From: a virus
Strand: one strand, 5' to 3'
IMG/VR virus record: IMGVR_UViG_3300048999_000056
Coordinates: 48,819 to 112,818 of that record
Length of the DNA stretch: 64,000 bases
Each line of letters opens with the position of its first letter. Position 1 is the stretch's first letter. A program made the translations under genes and the position numbers. Positions 57,618 through 64,000 of the stretch are shown here, piece after piece. A model generated the notes under the pieces. That model was not told the DNA's origin, did not search any database, and saw only the letters and a program-made list of their open reading frames with translations.

Positions 57618-57704
57618 AAAACCATTTCGGTATATATAAGATGGCAAGCGAAAATTCGCTGCCTGTCTTTTCGACAAAAGGCATCATGCGTATCGTAAGG
57701 AGAC

Positions 57705-58478
57705 TTGACTATGGACGGAGCTGAAGGCGCCGGTGGAACCGGCAACGACAACGATAACGGCAATGGTAACAGCGGCATCGGCGGGGGCGGTTTCGATAGC
57801 GGTGGCTTCGATACTGGCAACGCGTCGAACGGCCCGATGGGTGCAACCGGTGACGACTTCGGGTCCAACAGCGGTAGTTTCGGCACAACTGGCAATGCGG
57901 TTGATGCCTTGGGTGCTGGATTGGCTGCGACCGTAGCCGGTGATCCTCTATCAACCGCCGCAGACTTGGGTAAAGACTTGGGCGTGGCAGCGTCCGTTGC
58001 GGGAGTTGCCGTCGGGATTGCTACTGGTAGTCCGGCGACAGCGGGCATCAGTGCAATGTCGCTTGGCAGTCAGATCAGCGGCTCCACGGAAGCGCTCGGT
58101 CATGCTGCCCATGATGTCGGTCAATCGATCGGCGGGTTTGGCTTCGATGCGGAAACCTCCACTTCGACATCAGGTCCGGCGTCAACCAGCAACGACAGTG
58201 ACGCTGCCTGGAATCAGGTGTTCTCTGCTCCGGCGGCGCAGGGATCGTCTGCCGAGCTGGCACCGGTCACGTCGGCTGCGGCAAGCGCGTCGAGCGCTGG
58301 CGGCGGCGCGGCGCAGTTCCAAGACTTCCTGACCAGTCAGGGGATTGCGTTCACGGTGGACAACCCGACGCCCGCGCCTGCTGCAGCTGCACCACCGATT
58401 GCAGCGTCAACGGCGTCGCCTGGACCGGCGGCGTTCCAAGCCTTTCTGACCAGTCAGCATATCGCGTTTACAACCTGA
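57705..58478 (+). CDS. Gly/Ser/Ala/Asp-rich low-complexity protein
   Basis: RBS AAGGAG; duplicated C-terminal motif AxFQxFLTSQxIAFT. Confidence 0.6.
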   Translation: MTMDGAEGAGGTGNDNDNGNGNSGIGGGGFDSGGFDTGNASNGPMGATGDDFGSNSGSFGTTGNAVDALGAGLAATVAGDPLSTAADLGKDLGVAASVAGVAVGIATGSPATAGISAMSLGSQISGSTEALGHAAHDVGQSIGGFGFDAETSTSTSGPASTSNDSDAAWNQVFSAPAAQGSSAELAPVTSAAASASSAGGGAAQFQDFLTSQGIAFTVDNPTPAPAAAAPPIAASTASPGPAAFQAFLTSQHIAFTT

Positions 58479-58492
58479 GGAGATCACTGGCC

Positions 58493-58699
58493 ATGCTAAC
58501 GCGCTTTGTGCTGTCACCTAGCCGCTTGCGCTGGAAGAGTGTCGGGTGGCCGCTGCTCATGGGCGCGCTGCTTGCGTTCAACGTGTGGGCGAACTGGGGA
58601 ACGATCAACGAAACGCATCCGAACGTCCTGCTCGGCGCGCTCGGGCTTGCCGTCGCCTTCGGGATGTCGGTCATGCTGCTGTTCAACCAGCGCCCGTGA
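58493..58699 (+). CDS. Small two-TM membrane protein
   Basis: Two hydrophobic helices; RBS GAGGAG. Confidence 0.55.
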   Translation: MLTRFVLSPSRLRWKSVGWPLLMGALLAFNVWANWGTINETHPNVLLGALGLAVAFGMSVMLLFNQRP

Positions 58700-58980
58700 A
58701 ACCTTCGCCGGTGGCGTGTCAGACCGCGTCACCGGTTTTCTTTTGGGGATCAACGTCAATGCAAATGCGAAAGCCTGACGAGACGCAGCGTTACAAGACG
58801 GTCGGTCTGTTGTTTGCAATGTCTATCATGTTCGCGTTCGACGTATGGGCGGAGTGGGACCTCGTCGCGGCGCACAAAGGGCAGTTGTTCGGTTTCGCGG
58901 TCATGGCGGGCACGATCGGCGGATTGCTCGCGCTGGCGTTGCGCGGGGAGTAAACCCGAGCCTCAGAACTGAGCTGACCG

Positions 58981-59009
58981 AAGCCGCCATTGCGCGGCTT
59001 TTTGTTTTC
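58981..59009 (+). terminator. Intrinsic terminator
   Basis: AAGCCGC-cattgc-GCGGCTT followed by TTTGTTTT. Confidence 0.7.
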
Positions 59010-59068
59010 TGGATTGCTATGGCTGCATGGAGGAACCGAATGAGATCGCGGATTGCTGATGCTGAAAG

Positions 59069-59560
59069 GTGGCGAGCATGACCAAGAAGGATCGCGTGGC
59101 AGCCCCTGAAGCGCCCTGGTGGGCATCCGAGCTGGCAAGCTACTGGGCGACGGGGGCGGCGGGCAAGGATACCCAGAGGGCTGCCGCAGCGGCGCTCAGG
59201 ACGATCGGCGACCTGCACCATCTGGCGCAGGGTGTTGCCGATAGTGATGACGACGATTGCTCGCAGAGCCTGCGTCAGCTTGCGACGGTCACGTTGCAGG
59301 CATGCGGGCTCGACCTCTCGCATATCGATAGCGGCCTCTATGGCAAGGTTCCAATCCAGATGCTGGCGGACCTGATGGCGGGCCTGCGCCACCACTTCAA
59401 GCCCGGCGCCGAGGTAGACGTTGTGCGCGTGATCACTGGAATGTTGATCGCATCGCTTAATCAGGTGCCTTTGCGCGTGCGTGAGGCGGCGTTGACGGAA
59501 ATGCTTGGTCTGCTGGCGACAACGGTAGACTGCGACAAGGAGCATCCTGACGATGGGTAA
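59069..59560 (+). CDS. Hypothetical protein
   Basis: 163-aa ORF. Confidence 0.5.
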   Translation: MASMTKKDRVAAPEAPWWASELASYWATGAAGKDTQRAAAAALRTIGDLHHLAQGVADSDDDDCSQSLRQLATVTLQACGLDLSHIDSGLYGKVPIQMLADLMAGLRHHFKPGAEVDVVRVITGMLIASLNQVPLRVREAALTEMLGLLATTVDCDKEHPDDG

Positions 59561-59710
59561 GCGACGCAGACCGCGAAGCAGATCGTGCCGGTGGTGGTGG
59601 CGGTGGTTCTGCAATGCGCCGCACGATCCCGTATACCATTCATGGCAATGCAGGGTGTGTCGGCGGATCACCTACGATTGGCGAGGCAAGTTGACAGGAG
59701 AACAGGAATT

Positions 59711-60496
59711 ATGACAGACCAGCGTTCGCGCGTCCCATTCGTGCTGGCTTCAACCGAGCACGGCACGATGATTCTTAACCGCCTCGACCAGTGCACTTCG
59801 GCCAACGCAACATTCGGCGTCGGCTATGACCTGCTGGAAACCGGCGCCTATGAACCGTCCGAATGTTCGCTGATGCTGCGCCTGCTGCAGCATCGCCGGC
59901 AGCACTACGGCGACGGCGTGATCATGCTGGACGGTGGCGCCAATATCGGCACGCATACGGTCCTCATGGCGCGCGCCATGTCCGACTGGGGGCAGGTTGT
60001 CGCTGTCGAACCGCAGGAGCGTATCTACTATGCGCTATGCGGCAACATTGCGTTGAACAATTGCTTCAATGCATGGGCGGTGCACGCTGCGCTCGGCAAC
60101 GAAAACGTCAGTCTCGTTATGCCCGGTGTCGATTACCAACGTCCGGCCAGCTACGGCAGCCTTGAACTCAGGCCGCGTACGCAGAACATCGGACAGGACC
60201 TCGACCTGAGCACGAATGCGTTGGACGAGGTTGTGTCCCGCACAGTGGACTCATTCGACTTCGACCGTCTGGACCTGATGAAGCTGGACATCGAGGGCAT
60301 GGAGCTGCAAGCGCTGGAGGGTGCTCGTCATACGATCGGCGACTGCCTGCCGATCATCTTCGCCGAATGCCTGAAGGTGCCGGCTGACGAGATCGGCAAG
60401 TTCCTGCTGCCGTTTGGTTATCGGTATCGCCTGTTCACGCGCAACCTTGTCGCAGTGCATGAAACCGATCCGACGTTGAAGGAGCTGGAGGTCTGA
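59711..60496 (+). CDS. FkbM-family SAM-dependent methyltransferase
   Basis: LDGGANIGTHT, VAVEPQ, DLMKLDIEGME. Confidence 0.88.
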   Translation: MTDQRSRVPFVLASTEHGTMILNRLDQCTSANATFGVGYDLLETGAYEPSECSLMLRLLQHRRQHYGDGVIMLDGGANIGTHTVLMARAMSDWGQVVAVEPQERIYYALCGNIALNNCFNAWAVHAALGNENVSLVMPGVDYQRPASYGSLELRPRTQNIGQDLDLSTNALDEVVSRTVDSFDFDRLDLMKLDIEGMELQALEGARHTIGDCLPIIFAECLKVPADEIGKFLLPFGYRYRLFTRNLVAVHETDPTLKELEV

Positions 60497-60642
60497 TGTC
60501 GATAGGTGCTGGGATTGCTATCGCCGGGATATGGTTGGCGGTGGGATTGTGCGCGTGGCATGTTGAAGACGGATATGTTGTGCCCATTGCATTCTTTGCG
60601 ATGATCGCAACATTCGCAATTGCGATACACTAGGAGACAACG

Positions 60643-60840
60643 ATGAAGCTGAGCAGAGACGAAAAGATCGGCATCGTTGTTTCATCCGGCGGACTTGGCG
60701 GTGTGGTGCTGTTCGCAGCATGGTTGACGCATGTCATCGTATGCTTCAAAGCAGGACTGTGGGGTTTCTTGATTGCCGGTGCCATCTTCTTTCCCGTCGC
60801 CATCGTGCACGGGATCGGGATATGGCTACGCGCATGGTGA
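60643..60840 (+). CDS. Small membrane protein
   Basis: AWLTHV..C....WGFLIAGAIFFP.AI.HG.G.W. Confidence 0.6.
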   Translation: MKLSRDEKIGIVVSSGGLGGVVLFAAWLTHVIVCFKAGLWGFLIAGAIFFPVAIVHGIGIWLRAW

Positions 60841-61357
60841 GGGATGTTATGACGGTTTCCGAGTTGCGGAGATTACTGGCCCGTGCTCCGAGTGAGATGC
60901 CGGTTGGTGCGACAGATGGTGACGGTGTCTCGGCTGAAATCCAGTTTGCCGGCGTTGTCAGCGATGACAGGACAGGCAAGCAGTTCTTCCTGATCCATCC
61001 GAACGGTGGCGTTCCTGTTTACGAGAGGTTGGAGGCAAACGCGATGAACAAAGCCGAATTGTGCAAGAGGCTACGCGGACTGGTTGACGCGCTTGAACTG
61101 ATGCCGGACGAGTTTGTCAACATGGGGTTGCCGTTGATCCGTGTAACAGTGCCGGGCCGCGACGCGGACGGCAATCGTATTGTATTGATGGTTGGAGGGG
61201 AATATGCCGCAGACACCGACGAAGGATGATACGGCGGACAGCGCAAAGCTGTTGATTGACAGCGTGACCAAAGCGTTGAAGCGCGGGGTTGAACACTACG
61301 ACAAGCGCGGTAGGCGGTTGTGGACCGTCCGCGATGTCCTGAGCGCCCTGCAACGGG

Positions 61358-62164
61358 ATGGCGAGATCGAGCTATGCGAGAAAGGCGGTGGGGCCGGTGA
61401 TCAGAATGACACCTGATCCGTTCGCTCAGTTGCTCGACGCGCTGCAACAGGTCGTCAATGACGCGAAGATCGGCGCGCTCAAGGCAACGGCGAACGCCAC
61501 ACGCGTAGAGGGCGAACCGCCACGCGTAGACATGCAAGCCGTTCAACGATTCATGGCGGAGCGAGGAATGTCAGAAACAGGTAGAGGCCATTACTACTGG
61601 GTGCGTGTGCGAGGCAACCCGGCTCCTATGATCGGTATGCGTAGCCAGATTTCAGGCGCTTGGTATATATCAGGTGTGGCGGGCGGATATGCCGATGCTG
61701 ATATCGAAGTCATCCGCTCGGTCGAACCATTCGAGCAACCGATGGCTGACTACTGTGCCGCGACAGGTATAGTTGATAAGCCGCCGAAAACACCGCATGA
61801 TCCGCTGAAAGGGCACACGCTGTTGCTGGTCAAGACTTCTAGCGGTTACTCATATTCGGTGCAACCCGAGCGCGCAATGGAAACGGCGATGAAGCTGGCG
61901 CAGACAGAGCCGGTTTACATACTTGACGGTCATACCCGGGAGATTCTCGTGTCGCTGGGAAAAGGGCAAACGATGATCAACAATCCGATCCCCGATGACG
62001 TGCTGGAAGCGATGGCGGACGCGATGCTCGATCCGCCGCTGCGGATTCCGGGCAAGGTGCCGAACGCGGAGGGCAACAAGGTCCGCACGCGCGCCCTGTC
62101 TCGTGCGCTCGCAGCGGCGGAAGAACTCGGCTGGGTGATGGTCAAGGCGGAAACGCGGGAATGA
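61358..62164 (+). CDS. Hypothetical protein (start uncertain)
   Basis: Long ORF in + strand gene run. Confidence 0.45.
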   Translation: MARSSYARKAVGPVIRMTPDPFAQLLDALQQVVNDAKIGALKATANATRVEGEPPRVDMQAVQRFMAERGMSETGRGHYYWVRVRGNPAPMIGMRSQISGAWYISGVAGGYADADIEVIRSVEPFEQPMADYCAATGIVDKPPKTPHDPLKGHTLLLVKTSSGYSYSVQPERAMETAMKLAQTEPVYILDGHTREILVSLGKGQTMINNPIPDDVLEAMADAMLDPPLRIPGKVPNAEGNKVRTRALSRALAAAEELGWVMVKAETRE

Positions 62165-63114
62165 GCCTGCAGATAATCAACGGTAAGGAACTGCATCATG
62201 GCCGTCACTCCGGAACAGACAGCGTTTGTCCATACATTGTCTGACTGCATCGACAACAACAGAGGCGCGCTGAACGAGCAACAGATTGCTGCTGCCTTGT
62301 TTACCGGCGCGCTGTCGCATCTGTCGCACGCCGATGTTACAGACAAGGAGCGGTGGGCTACTCTCGTCGCATGGACGAGTTTTATCAACATGCTGAAGCA
62401 TGACGCCATTGCGAACCTTCTTGTGGGGAAAATGTAGTGCCAGTCGTCAACACAGTCGGCGAGCTGCAGGATATCCTGTCGCTCATACCGCAATCAACGC
62501 CGCTCGGGATCAAGATGGGCAGGCTCGTGTTCTACAAACTTGAAGTCAGCATGCTGAAGCGTGAAGACGGTTCCCCGGTCTATTGCATCATAGGAGACAA
62601 GTTATGGCCGCAGCCAGCCGAATGAATGACGCCGAGATAGCGGCGGCAATACGCGCCGCCATGGCAGGCAATACGGGCGCCCTGGAAGGGGCCTACATCG
62701 AGAGTTTCGCCCGGCGCGGTATGGAACCCAAGACGTTCCTTGAGGCTGCCGACCTGTGCTCTTCCGTGGCGTTGAGCGCGCCGCATTACACCGGCTTCCA
62801 CGCTGGCTGCAACAGGTGCGCTGCTACGCTGAGGGAAATTGGCGAGGCGTTGGCGAAGCACCTTGATATGTATGGGCGACCGTGATGCGCGTTTATCTCG
62901 GTTATACGATTGTCAACGCCAAGGATGAACTGGATATACAGTGCACCGATGACATGAGCATCGACGATCACTGCATGAGCGGACGCGTGTGGCTCGATCG
63001 CGAACTTGCTCAGGCGGCGTTGGATCACCAGAACAACAGTTTCGGTTATGCTCATGCCGAGCGTCCGTTCAAACTGGCCGATGTCGCGATCGTGGTGAGG
63101 GAGAAAGGCGAGAC

Positions 63115-63519
63115 ATGACAGCGATCGGTTATGGTCTGTTTCATCAACTCAAGTCAGTAGTAATGGATTACGCAATGGCCGACGAGATAAAGAAGATCGA
63201 ACGCAATGAGCTGCATGAACTGTTCGGCGATACGATACCGGTCGAAGTCATAGACATGCTCTGGGACGAGAAGAACAGTCATCTGACCATCGGCGAAATG
63301 CGCGTCAGGATACGCAAGTTCGCGCATCGCCTGCCATTGCAGAAAACACTTGAACATTGCCAGGCAGCGCACGGTCATGTTGTCGAGGCGCTTGCCATCA
63401 TGCAGTCGCGTCCGGTTGACGAACGATCATCAGCCGTCCAGACACGTATATCGATCAGCGTCAACGAACTCGCGTCGGCCATTGCAAGATTGAAGACCAT
63501 GATCAAAGAAGTGCCCTGA
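63115..63519 (+). CDS. Hypothetical protein (start uncertain)
   Basis: ORF coupled to upstream gene. Confidence 0.4.
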   Translation: MTAIGYGLFHQLKSVVMDYAMADEIKKIERNELHELFGDTIPVEVIDMLWDEKNSHLTIGEMRVRIRKFAHRLPLQKTLEHCQAAHGHVVEALAIMQSRPVDERSSAVQTRISISVNELASAIARLKTMIKEVP

Positions 63520-64000
63520 TGGACCTCTACTGCGCCGGAGGGCGGCAAGCGCCTGTCGTATGGCGAGCTGCCGCACATTCTGCATCCCGGCGATACCTTG
63601 AACCTGCATCTTTGACCGCCTCGCCTGAGCGCTGAGCACGACAAGAAAGCCAGGGTTATCAAGCTGCCCAACGGTGCTTGACTGGCTTCCCCTGTTACCC
63701 GTAGTCTCTCCCCCGACTTAGCCGAGCCTGTGGCCCTCCAGGGTGGTATCGTCTGGCACCACCTGGAGTGCGGTAGCTACCGCCTTGTGCACATGCTTCG
63801 TCGAAGTCTCCTGGTACGCAAACAGCCTTTCAACCTGCATCATCAACACGAATGGTGATGCAGGTTTTTTGTTGATATAAGTAGTAGCGTCGAACCAAAT
63901 GGCGAGTTGAAATGTCCGGTTGCTGGTATTGCGTACAGTCACGCCCACGTCGCGAGTTCATGGCGCGGTCACACCTCAACAGACAAGGCTTCAACACGTT

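Noticed and set aside
63208-63234. Possible self-target of array 2 unit 39029 under a skip-one code (14/18 bases match the ELHELFGDT codons)
   Set aside because: A rough binomial estimate for 34 guides against 128 kb predicts several such matches by chance.

Overview
This is 64 kb of a large, GC-rich tailed dsDNA phage, probably myovirus-like and probably infecting an alphaproteobacterium; the host is inferred from the Rcc01079-type spike base, DUF3489/DUF6525-like genes and TTGAC..GCTANAWC-type promoters. Layout: + strand baseplate/tail-fibre/lysis module (1-12437); a long - strand early and replication region (13.5-56 kb: SF2 helicase, DnaB-like helicase, SbcC/SbcD, RuvC-like resolvase, RecA, SSB, clamp loader, UDG-fused DNA polymerase A, class II RNR, DNA methyltransferase, beta-clamp-like protein, sigma-like factor, primase, ParB-like protein); then + strand accessory genes (56-63.5 kb). 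I saw no integrase, tRNA, rRNA or canonical CRISPR array. The standout is a candidate RNA-guided system. A stand-alone Cas7/RAMP-like gene (14255-15265, -) and two coupled small genes precede a 21-unit non-coding array (12439-13445) of 5-nt words (RNA sense GGC-NN) punctuated every 39-54 nt by GCAGGC. A second, orphan 13-unit array with the same grammar lies at 38453-39081. All family assignments come from motif recognition by eye, not database searches.
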